NCBI GenBank assembly: GCA_005191425.1
Contig: SUPR01000043.1
Location: 1-28,152 of the forward strand
Source: Candidatus Helarchaeota ASGARD archaeon Hel_GB_B
Lineage (GTDB): Archaea > Asgardarchaeota > Lokiarchaeia > Helarchaeales > HEL-GB-B
Direction: 5' to 3'
DNA length: 28,152 nt
Below the pieces are notes generated by a model that was not told where the DNA came from, ran no database searches, and was given only the letters and a program-made list of their open reading frames with translations. The position numbers and the translations under genes were made by a program. Below are positions 1 to 8,733 of this stretch, in pieces. Position 1 is the first letter of the stretch. Each line of letters starts with the position of its first letter.

Positions 1-351
1 ATAGGATTGCCGTGATTTCTTGGATTTAAACTTGGGAAAGCCACTCTTAATCCCTTTTTTCAGATTTCTGAAAAAGTCCGTATAAGCTGATTTAAGATGT
101 CTCCATTCAGATTGTAATGCTTTTGCGTCCACCTCTTTTAAGAACTCAAACTCTTCTTTATACTCTTTCTCGGTCTTATATCTATGGTCGTGAAGGGCTT
201 GGCTATCGCCCTTCAATTCTTCATAGACCTTAACCCGTTCTTCGAGCATTTTGTTGTAGATAAAACGACAGCAACCAAAAGTCTTGTTTAGCATCTCCTC
301 TTGTGCTCCATTCGGGTACAACCTGACTTTGATTGCTCTATTAATTTTCAT
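1..351 (-). CDS. tnpB: TnpB RNA-guided nuclease, N-terminal 117 aa (truncated by window edge; not in ORF track)
   Basis: Manual translation from ATG at 351: MKINRAIKVRLYPNGAQEEMLNKTFGCCRFIYNKMLEER...GFPKFKSKKSRQSY. The RLYP, FGCCRFIYN and FPKFK motifs are typical of TnpB. GAGGT lies at 367-363. Confidence 0.93.
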   Translation of the reverse strand, partial: MKINRAIKVRLYPNGAQEEMLNKTFGCCRFIYNKMLEERVKVYEELKGDSQALHDHRYKTEKEYKEEFEFLKEVDAKALQSEWRHLKSAYTDFFRNLKKGIKSGFPKFKSKKSRQSY

Positions 352-507
352 CTACTCATTTGACCTCGTTACTTTCACTATATATTTATAGTTTTAAACC
401 TTTTAAACCTCTAGTTTTTAATATCCTTTTAATATTCTTAATCCTAATAACAATTCTTATCCGGTTCATCCACCCCCTAAATGAGGTGGCTTTCTCGGAT
501 GACTTTG
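1..507 (-). mobile_element. IS200/IS605-family element, TnpB-only (IS1341-like), left part; right end lies outside the window
   Basis: Minus strand reads TTAC|CAAAGTCATCCGAG-AAAG-CCACCTC-ATTTAG-GGGGTGG, the layout of an IS608-type left end (target tetramer, guide AAAG, subterminal hairpin). tnpB follows about 120 bp later, leaving no room for tnpA. Confidence 0.85.
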
Positions 508-511
508 GTAA
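470..511 (-). other. IS left-end hairpin (470-489), guide tetranucleotide AAAG (493-490) and target/cleavage site TTAC (511-508)
   Basis: 7-bp stem CCACCTC/GGGGTGG (one G-T pair) with a 6-nt loop. AAAG sits at its 5' foot and TTAC is 14 nt further upstream. Confidence 0.8.
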
Positions 512-562
512 ATTAATATGAATAAAATAAAAATCAATTTAAAAAATATAAAAATAGTAAAA

Positions 563-1648
563 TCATACTTCATTAGATGATTTTATTAGACATAAAATCC
601 AGAAAATCAAATAAATTACGCCAGGGATAACAATCATTGCTGTCAACCAATAAGTAAAGGTTTGTGATGGAATTAAAAAGACTGCATAAATATTATTTGA
701 ACTCGCGAGCATTATTAATCTTATTTCATATACAATTGCAAAAATGAAGACTAAGATATAAGATAGAATTGATGGTCTAATACCATTAGATTTACCGCGT
801 ATCAAACTTAAAATTATTAAAATAAAAGCTAAGATTAAACATAACATGTTTATTATTAGATTAACCCAATGAAAAACTCCGCCAATAAAGATTTCTAAGC
901 TCCAAAATATTAGAAAAATGATTAAAAACATGCTCTGGACAAAATAAATTAATCTTTTTGGAAGATTTAGCTCGGTCGTTTGATCTTGATTTGCTTCGAA
1001 TTCGGATGTTTTAGTAGCGATAATACGCGTTAATGACCCAATAGTAAATGCATTAAAAATAACAATTAAGAAAGAATAAAATTCGGGTAAATTATTTATC
1101 CAGATATTCCATAGGACATTTTGTAAAATAGGATAATTGTAATATCCTTCCCAAGCTACCATTATTGGTAAAATTTCAAGAAGAATTACTACTATAAAAA
1201 ACCAGCAAATATTTGCACCGCGTCCTTTATTTTCAGCCCAATCAGAAGCGATAAAGATCCGCCAGGATAATACGAAAAAGCCAAAAAATGCCATTAGATT
1301 TGAAATTACGGGCATTATAAATAGCCCAACAATCAGAAGCGCATTTAGACCAAAAAAGATAGTCCAACGAGGTGTAATAACGGAACGAGTGTCATGCATT
1401 ATTTGAAAAGATTCTGCAAAATTGTCTTTAAAAAGAATTAAAAGAATAAACCAAGAAATAGATAAAACAAGAGGCATCAAAAGGTAAATAACAAAATTTC
1501 TATCTAAATAAGCGAGAAACCAAGATAAAAATAAACTACCAGAACTTAAAACATCTACTATATAAAAAATCGAAAAATAATAAATCGGGATTAGTATAAA
1601 AAGTAGTACGACCAATAACCTAAAAATCCGAATATTACCAATAGACAT
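563..1648 (-). CDS. Uncharacterised polytopic membrane protein (about 9-10 TM helices)
   Basis: 361-aa ORF made mostly of long hydrophobic segments, with one polar loop (TKTSEFEANQDQTTELNLPKR). No family motif recognised. Confidence 0.8.
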   Translation of the reverse strand: MSIGNIRIFRLLVVLLFILIPIYYFSIFYIVDVLSSGSLFLSWFLAYLDRNFVIYLLMPLVLSISWFILLILFKDNFAESFQIMHDTRSVITPRWTIFFGLNALLIVGLFIMPVISNLMAFFGFFVLSWRIFIASDWAENKGRGANICWFFIVVILLEILPIMVAWEGYYNYPILQNVLWNIWINNLPEFYSFLIVIFNAFTIGSLTRIIATKTSEFEANQDQTTELNLPKRLIYFVQSMFLIIFLIFWSLEIFIGGVFHWVNLIINMLCLILAFILIILSLIRGKSNGIRPSILSYILVFIFAIVYEIRLIMLASSNNIYAVFLIPSQTFTYWLTAMIVIPGVIYLIFWILCLIKSSNEV

Positions 1649-2261
1649 TTTTCAAGACCCTATACATTTATTTACCAATTACAAATAAAATCCTTATTTT
1701 TATTAGTCCATAAATTATGAGAATTATCAATAAGAGCAATAAATATACATTTTTAATTCTTTTGGACTATTTGATTTAAATATTGAATTTCGTTATAATT
1801 TATAATATTTTTAATTTAATTTAAATAGATTATTTTATATTTGAATAAAGAGTTTATCTTAGAAATTTCAATCATAAAAATTAAAAATATATTATAATTT
1901 TAAGTTTAGAATATTTAGACAAAAAAATTTAAAGTGAATAGTTAGAAATTTAGGATGATAATTTTTATTAATTGTCATATATAATTATAATTCAAAATGT
2001 TAACAATTTTATGTTAAAATTATGTTAGAAGTTTTGAGGTTTATAATAAAAGGTATCAAATTGCTAATTAGAACCTTTAATTTCTTTATTCTCAAAAACT
2101 GACAATAAATTAATAAAAACGGATTTAATTATATTATTAGCGATATTTTTTGGATCATTTTGACCATTTTATCAAGGATTTTCAAAACAATTAAATAAAT
2201 ATAATGAGATAAAAATGATAGACCTTGGATTTATTTAGAATAAAATTGCGAGGTAGAAAAA

Positions 2262-3353
2262 ATGGGTAAAAAAATTCGTGTAGCAATAGCTGGATTAGGA
2301 AATTGTGCAAAAAGTTTAATAGAAGGTGTACATTATTATCGTAATGCGCCGGACGATGAATTTGTTCCGGGTTTAATGCACGTAAATTTTGGTGGATATA
2401 GACCAAGAGATATTGAATTTGTAGCAGCTTTTGAAATAAATACAAAAAAAATAGGTAAAGACATTAGTGATGCGATATATGCGGAACCAAATTGTTCAGC
2501 ACCAATCATTGGAAACGAAAAATTGCCTAAGATGGGTTTTGAAGTCATGCCAGGGCCAATTAGTGATGGATGTGCACTCCATATGAAGGATGCATTTTAT
2601 TGTTATGATCCGACCGAAATACAACCTGTGGATATTGCTGAGGTGCTCAGGTCTGTTAAAGCTGACATGCTGGTGAATTATTTACCAGTAGGAAGTAAAG
2701 AGGGTAGTCGAATCTATGCTCAAGCTGCATTAGATGCGGGCGTAGGGTTTATAAATTGTATCCCAGAATTTATTGTTTCAGATGACCAATGGGCTAAAAA
2801 ATTTGAAAGTGCAGGGCTACCTATAGCTGGTGATGATATTAAATCGCAGGTAGGAGCCACAATTGTTCATAGAGTCTTGGTAGATTTATTAATACGGCGA
2901 GGTGTAAAGGTAGAAGAAACATATCAATTAAATATCGGTGGGAATACAGATTTTTTAAACATGACAGAAGAAGATAGACTTATCACAAAAAGGATTAGTA
3001 AAACAGAAGCAGTAACAAGTCAAGTCCCATACAAAATTCCAGTGCGTATAGGTCCAAGTGATTATGTAGGTTTTTTAGGTGATAAAAAAATTTGTTACAT
3101 CCATATTAAAGGAAAGAAATTCGGAGACCAACCGATATATCTTAATGTTAAGTTAGGGGTAGAGGATTCCCCAAATTCTGCTGGTGTGGTAATCGATGTA
3201 ATAAGGGCTATGAAACTTGCATTAGACAGGAAAATAGCAGGGAGATTAATTAGTATTTCATCATACGCTTTTAAACATCCCCCCGAGCAATATCCAGATT
3301 CATTGGCGTATCAAATGGTAGAAGATTTTATTTCAGGTAAAAGAAACAGATAA
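2262..3353 (+). CDS. ino1: myo-inositol-1-phosphate synthase
   Basis: IRVAIAGLGNCAKSLIEG Rossmann start plus NYLPVGS, GDDIKSQVGAT, QLNIGGNTDFLNM and VEDSPNSAGV motifs. GAGGT RBS at 2250-2254. Confidence 0.95.
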   Translation: MGKKIRVAIAGLGNCAKSLIEGVHYYRNAPDDEFVPGLMHVNFGGYRPRDIEFVAAFEINTKKIGKDISDAIYAEPNCSAPIIGNEKLPKMGFEVMPGPISDGCALHMKDAFYCYDPTEIQPVDIAEVLRSVKADMLVNYLPVGSKEGSRIYAQAALDAGVGFINCIPEFIVSDDQWAKKFESAGLPIAGDDIKSQVGATIVHRVLVDLLIRRGVKVEETYQLNIGGNTDFLNMTEEDRLITKRISKTEAVTSQVPYKIPVRIGPSDYVGFLGDKKICYIHIKGKKFGDQPIYLNVKLGVEDSPNSAGVVIDVIRAMKLALDRKIAGRLISISSYAFKHPPEQYPDSLAYQMVEDFISGKRNR

Positions 3354-3600
3354 ATAATATATATTTTTATTTTTAGATATTTTGACAATAAATTATTCAC
3401 TAATTATGAAAATATAGTATATATCATTTTTTATTTAATTTTACTCCTTTTAAAAATTCTGAATTTTATAGAAGGATTAGGTAATACATGAATAATATTA
3501 TTGTATTACTTAATTAAAAAAGAAAATTTGTTCATATTTTTGTTAACCTCTCAATATTAATTAAAAAATTATTATAGACGCAATCAACCGAGGGATTGCT

Positions 3601-5421
3601 ATTTCAACATTAAAAAGTAAATGTAATTTCTGTGATGAAAAAAGTGCGGTTTTTTATTGTAATCAGTGCAAACTGAGTTTTTGTAATAATTGTATTGAGA
3701 GAGAAGAAAATGATTTTTATGTATGTGCAAATTGTAATAGCACCAGAATAAAATCGAGAATTAAAGAAAATTCTTTAAATGGAACAATTTTAGTATGTAT
3801 GGATTGTAAATCAACAAATATTCGAAATGGTAGAATTTCAAAAAAAATATGTCCCAATTGTAAATCAGATGATATCTTAACAATAATTGAAAAAAGAAAA
3901 CAATTAAAACAAGAATTCCAAACAACTATTCAGGATTTTAGATATGGATATTATAAACTGAAAAAATTTCTAGATGATTGTAGAGTACATAAACAAGAAT
4001 TGATAACACTTAGGACCTTGGGCTATAAACATGATGCAAAAATAGAGCATTCGTTATTATGGATATATAACACAGTCAATAAAGTAAAATTAGAAATAAT
4101 GAACCATTTTCAAAAGGATTTTGGTTTTATAAGGTCAAGAATATATCGTTTTATTGATATAGATACCTGGAATCCATTAAATTTTTACGAAATTGAGTCA
4201 ATAATTAATCAGATCAAGGAGAATGTTAATACTTTTAAAAATTTCGTGGATATTTCATTGAAACCCATGATTGCAAATTTAATTGTTTTGAAATCGAAAA
4301 TTAGCGTGATCCAATACTATAAATTAATTTATGATGAATATGAAGAAGAACTGAATTTAAGAATAAATGAATTACCTGTTTGTGCTTTTAAACATATACA
4401 TTTTGTGAAGTTTGAGGACAATGAATTACCACCTAAACGCGGTGTACTATTTATTACAAATAAAAGGATAATATTTATTTATAAAAAGGGACTTATCAAC
4501 AAAGTTAAAGAGAAATTATTTAAAATTGAATTAAAAAGCGTCCAGAATGCATTTATAACGGGCCGTATCTTTAAAAAACTTAAAATTATTACCGATAAAG
4601 GAATTCTGGTTTTAGACGGTGCAAATAAAATTTTAGGGGCGATTGTTCATTATTTAAATATTGCAATGAATTTTCAAAACTATTCCAATGATGATAACTT
4701 TTTAATTCAGCGGCTGGGAAAAATAGATATTGAAATTTCGGATTTAAAAAATAATATTAACAGGTATATTTCTAAAATATTAAATCGCGAAGAGATTTCA
4801 AGAGAAAATTTTATTATTGACAAAAACATAAATAATAGAAAAATGAACGAAATTTTTAATAAAAATATTAATTTTGAACAAAATAATTCCAAAATATTAT
4901 CGAATATTGATAGAGTTTCATTGAACAATCTAAAAAATAACGCACCCATTGTTCCAAGACCTATTGAAACTAATCGAATGTCAAATCAAATGCCCCAAAT
5001 GTCCCAATTACCCCAAATGCCTCAACCAGGTTCTATTAACATAACTATCCCTATAAATCAAAATACAGACGGCTTTAAAATGCCATTTGCGCAAGTGCTT
5101 CAAGATCATGAAAAATATAGAAGGGATATAGAGACAAAAAATGAGAACATAAATAAAAATTCTATCGAGTCCATTTCTCGCAATACTAATATTATACGCC
5201 CTCATTTACATAATAATCCTTCGCAGATAACCACGGCTCAAACTCGCCCAATTATAAAATTATATGAAGATAAATTTGCTATTGAGAAAACATTAGAAAA
5301 TATTGACAGATTATTTAACAGTGGAAAAATTACACCTGAAGCTTATTTTAAACAGTACAGACCATTACAAAAGGAATTATTTACTATAATTAAACTTATA
5401 GAAGAGAAAGAAAAGTATTAA
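3601..5421 (+). CDS. Multi-Zn-finger / coiled-coil / PH(GRAM/GLUE)-like / Vps23 steadiness-box protein, ~606 aa (start probably the non-canonical ATT at 3601)
   Basis: The frame is open from the stop at 3562-3564, upstream of the track start at 3799, adding CNFC-x8-CNQC-x4-CNNC-x10-CANC (six CxxC in total). GVLFITNKRIIF at 4441 is a PH-like hallmark. The C-terminus KLYEDKFAIEKTL...GKITPEAYFKQYRPLQKELF resembles the TSG101/Vps23 core. The CDS itself is secure; domain calls are by eye. Confidence 0.8.
   Translation: MSTLKSKCNFCDEKSAVFYCNQCKLSFCNNCIEREENDFYVCANCNSTRIKSRIKENSLNGTILVCMDCKSTNIRNGRISKKICPNCKSDDILTIIEKRKQLKQEFQTTIQDFRYGYYKLKKFLDDCRVHKQELITLRTLGYKHDAKIEHSLLWIYNTVNKVKLEIMNHFQKDFGFIRSRIYRFIDIDTWNPLNFYEIESIINQIKENVNTFKNFVDISLKPMIANLIVLKSKISVIQYYKLIYDEYEEELNLRINELPVCAFKHIHFVKFEDNELPPKRGVLFITNKRIIFIYKKGLINKVKEKLFKIELKSVQNAFITGRIFKKLKIITDKGILVLDGANKILGAIVHYLNIAMNFQNYSNDDNFLIQRLGKIDIEISDLKNNINRYISKILNREEISRENFIIDKNINNRKMNEIFNKNINFEQNNSKILSNIDRVSLNNLKNNAPIVPRPIETNRMSNQMPQMSQLPQMPQPGSINITIPINQNTDGFKMPFAQVLQDHEKYRRDIETKNENINKNSIESISRNTNIIRPHLHNNPSQITTAQTRPIIKLYEDKFAIEKTLENIDRLFNSGKITPEAYFKQYRPLQKELFTIIKLIEEKEKY
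4987..5028 (+). repeat. Degenerate 9-bp coding tandem repeat (CAAATGCCC-like x4) encoding QMPQMSQLPQMPQP
   Basis: CAAATGCCC CAAATGTCC CAATTACCC CAAATGCCT CAACCA read directly from the sequence. Confidence 0.8.
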
Positions 5422-5652
5422 AGATAATACTAATAGTATTTAAAAATTTAATTTTTTCCTCGTTTAAAATTATTGGATTTTTGATTTTATAGTTTATTTT
5501 TTATAATTTTTTTATTTAAATTCGTTTTTACATAAAAATTTTTGTATCTAATTAATTATTTATAAAATTAAGTATGTTAATGAAATAATTTAAATTAGAA
5601 AATAAAAAGTAAAAAAAATGAAAAAATTAAATTATCCTAATTAAAAAGTTAA

Positions 5653-6546
5653 ATGGAAGGAATATTTTTGGTAATAATTCGAGAATATAAACCCTCAGAT
5701 TTGGATCAAGCTCTAATTTTAATGAAGGATTATTCAAGATTACTAGGAGTAAAAGAATTTGATGAGTTAGATGCTAAAAAGACAATTAAATTGCGGGCTC
5801 TTACACCAGAATTTCATACATTAATTGCAGAACTTGATGGTAAAGTTGTAGGGATATGTTTTGCAGATATTGAGCGGAATGCACTAACTGGGGACTATGA
5901 GGGATTGATAAAAAACACGATAGTTGATGCGAATTATCAGAGAAGAGGTATAGCTACAAAATTGGTTGAAAAAGGATTTAAGATATTGTCGCATTCAAGG
6001 ATTGAAATAATTCGAGTTAAAGTTCACGAACAAGTAAAACCCGCAATAAAATTGTTTCAAAGATTTGGGTTTAAATTAGAGGGTAGTGTAATGGAACGAG
6101 ATGTTATTGATATTAGAGAGTATAATCCGAGAGACTTTAAGGCAACGGTCGAATTATTAAAAGTTTATTCAGATACAGTAGGAGTACCGTTTAATGAAAA
6201 TGAATGGGCAAAAACTATGAAGGAACGAATTTATAATCCAAAATGTCGTCAATTAGTAGCACTTCATAATGAAACTAAAAAAATTGTAGGAATTTGTTTC
6301 TTGACTATGTATAAGAGCATTGCTGGACCCACTGTAGGCGTGATTTCTCATGCGGTAGTCCACCCAGCTTATAGAAATCGAGGTATTGGTAGAAGTCTCT
6401 TGATAAGAGGTGTTGATATTCTCAGTATTTTGAATGTCGGTAAGATTCGTATTACAATTCCAACTGAAATTTCTGAAACAGATAGTTATTTTAGGCAAGT
6501 AGGGTTCAAGCAAACTGGTTATTTATTAACTAAACGAATTGGGTAA
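5653..6546 (+). CDS. Tandem (two-domain) GNAT N-acetyltransferase; start could be TTG 5668
   Basis: Internal duplication (IREYKPSD... / IREYNPRD...) and two acetyl-CoA motif A copies (QRRGIATKLV, RNRGIGRSLL). Confidence 0.88.
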   Translation: MEGIFLVIIREYKPSDLDQALILMKDYSRLLGVKEFDELDAKKTIKLRALTPEFHTLIAELDGKVVGICFADIERNALTGDYEGLIKNTIVDANYQRRGIATKLVEKGFKILSHSRIEIIRVKVHEQVKPAIKLFQRFGFKLEGSVMERDVIDIREYNPRDFKATVELLKVYSDTVGVPFNENEWAKTMKERIYNPKCRQLVALHNETKKIVGICFLTMYKSIAGPTVGVISHAVVHPAYRNRGIGRSLLIRGVDILSILNVGKIRITIPTEISETDSYFRQVGFKQTGYLLTKRIG

Positions 6547-6649
6547 AATTATTAGAATCTTTTTATAATGTCAAAATCATTATCATTTTTTATATAATTA
6601 AGAAAAATATTGGTTTATTTAAATATTTAAAATAATTCAGAGGTGGTGC

Positions 6650-8611
6650 ATAAGAACGAACAATAATGAAGTTCCTCGCATCGGAATTTTTCTATGTCGC
6701 TGAGGTATCAATATTTCATCGGTAGTAGATATTGATAGATTACAAGAATACGCTAAAACGCTGGGTGTAACGGTAGTAGAACAAATTATCTCGCTTTGTT
6801 CTGGACCTGGAGCTGATCTGATAAAAAATAAAGTAAAAGAATATAACTTGAACCGAGTTATTGTGGCGGCATGTACTCCATTGACGCATGAACCAGTTTT
6901 TCGTAATGTTCTTGAAGAGGTCGAATTAGACGGTGGCTATTTAGAATTTGTAAACATTAGAGAACATTGCTCGTATGTCCATATGAAAGATAAAGAATTA
7001 GCTTTACAACAAGCTAAAGAGCTTCTTATGGGTGCTGTGAAAAAAGCCAAATATTTAGAACAGATCCCTAGAAAAAGAATAGATGTAGTGCCTTCTGTTT
7101 TAATCATTGGTGGTGGTGTTGCAGGCTTAAATGCAGCCATGGATTTAGCTAATGAGGGAATAGAAACAATTATAGTAGAAAGTCAACCAACAATTGGTGG
7201 ACATATGGCAAAATTAGACAGGACATACCCTACTGACGATTGCTCAATATGAATTCTTGGTCCCATAATGTTAGAAGTTGCCAATAATCCTCATGTGAGA
7301 TTAATTACATATGCCAATGTCAAATCAGTAGAGGGAAACATTGGTAATTTCAAAGTGGTAATAGAGAAAAAAACCAGTTTTGTTATGGAAAACCTATGTA
7401 ATGGTTGCGGAGAATGCGAAACTGTCTGCCCGATTTATGCTCCTAATGAGTTCGACTTGAATTTAGGCCACAGAAAAGCAATTTATAGAGCATTTCCTCA
7501 AGCAGTTCCGAGTATTTATACCATTGATGAAAAAATGTGTATTAAATGTGGACTTTGTGAAAAAGTGTGCAAACAAGATGCAATTAATTATAATATGGAA
7601 CCACAGATTGAAACAATTAATGTAGGCGCCATTATAATTGCATCCGGGTTCAAAACATTTACTCCAAATGGTATGTATGGATACGGTAAATTTGAAAATG
7701 TCCTGACACAACTAGAACTAGAACGGATTATCGCCCCAAATGGACCTACACTTGGACAACTAATAAGACCTTCCGATAAAAAACATCCAAAAAGGATATT
7801 AATGATCCAATGTGTTGGGTCAAGAAGTTTGAAGACTAATCCGCATTGTAGTTCTGGAGTCTGTTGTATGGTAGCTATTAAAAATGCGAGCTTAATAAAA
7901 CAGCATGATCCAGAAATAGAAGTATATATTGCATATATGGATATCAGAGCTGCAGGTAAAAGCTATGAAGAATATTATCTAAAATCGAGAGAAATGGGTA
8001 TTAAATATGTCAGAGGAAATGTTGCGGGTGTTATTGAACTCCCTAACAAAAATCTGATGGTAAAAGTTGAAAATACTTTAAGTAAAAAGATATTGAATTT
8101 AGAAATAGATCTGGTGATCTTATCGGTCGCAATGACCCCATCAGAAGGGACAAATGAAATTGCTGAAATTTTACGATTGGAAAAAAGTCGGGATGGATTT
8201 CTAAAAGAATATCATGAAAGGTTAGACCCAATAAGTACAAAGATACCCGGTATATATATATGTGGCGCCGTCCAAGGTCCTAAGTCAATTGCTGAATCAG
8301 TTATGCAGGGAAAAGCTGCAGCTTCTCTCGCGAAGATTCCTATCAACAATGGTTTTGTCGAATTAAAATTAATTAAAGCAATAATAGACCAAGATAGGTG
8401 CAGTAGATGTGGGCTATGTGCAATGATCTGTCCATATAGTGCAATTAAATTAGACACAGACGATAGATTTACTGTAAATGAAGTGCTATGCAAAGGTTGT
8501 GGAATGTGCGTGAGCTCATGTAAGTCAGAATCGATTACTTTAAGGCTTTATCGCAATCTTGCATTAGAAGAATATATCGATGGAATATTTGAATTAAATA
8601 AAACCAGTTAG
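6650..8611 (+). CDS. hdrA: Heterodisulfide reductase subunit A-like selenoprotein, ~653 aa, with two in-frame UGA (Sec18 at 6701-6703, Sec201 at 7250-7252 if the start is ATA 6650)
   Basis: One frame runs RIGIFLCR-UGA-GINISSVVDID...CSG...NRVIVAACTP...GGGVAG...PTDDCSI-UGA-ILGPIM...CVGSR...CCMVAIK... to a C-terminal 2x[4Fe-4S] domain. Both UGAs align to Cys in neighbouring paralogs (CHCGINIS, DCALCIL/DCSLCIL). It joins track ORFs 6848-7252 and 7268-8611. RBS GAGGTG at 6640. Confidence 0.93.
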
Positions 8612-8647
8612 ATGAACTCTATTCGTAAATTTAAGGAATAGGGAGAT
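8612..8647 (+). promoter_or_regulatory. Eukaryote-type SECIS element in the 3' UTR of Sec-hdrA
   Basis: A-UGAA-CUCUAUUC-GUAAAUUUAAG-GAAUAGGG-AGAU: AUGA/GA quartet with tandem G-A pairs, an 8-bp helix and an apical loop containing AAA. It starts at the base after the TAG stop. Confidence 0.88.
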
Positions 8648-8673
8648 ACCGAACTTTGCAATTCGGTGGTTTT
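8648..8673 (+). terminator. Small hairpin plus T-run directly after the SECIS (possible terminator or processing signal)
   Basis: ACCGAA-CTTTGCAA-TTCGGT (6-bp perfect stem) followed by GGTTTT. Confidence 0.35.
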
Positions 8674-8733
8674 AAAAAATTATCTTAAATTAATCAAAAT
8701 GTTTAAAGTTAAATTTACAAAATGATGATATAA

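Noticed and set aside
379-410. TATA-like TATAAATA (minus strand) and TTTTAAACC duplication upstream of tnpB
   Set aside because: Plausible promoter, but indistinguishable from background in such AT-rich DNA.
6848-8611. Track ORFs 6848-7252 and 7268-8611 as two separate genes or a pseudogene
   Set aside because: They are in the same frame, the TGA aligns to a conserved Cys, and a SECIS follows; one selenoprotein explains this better.
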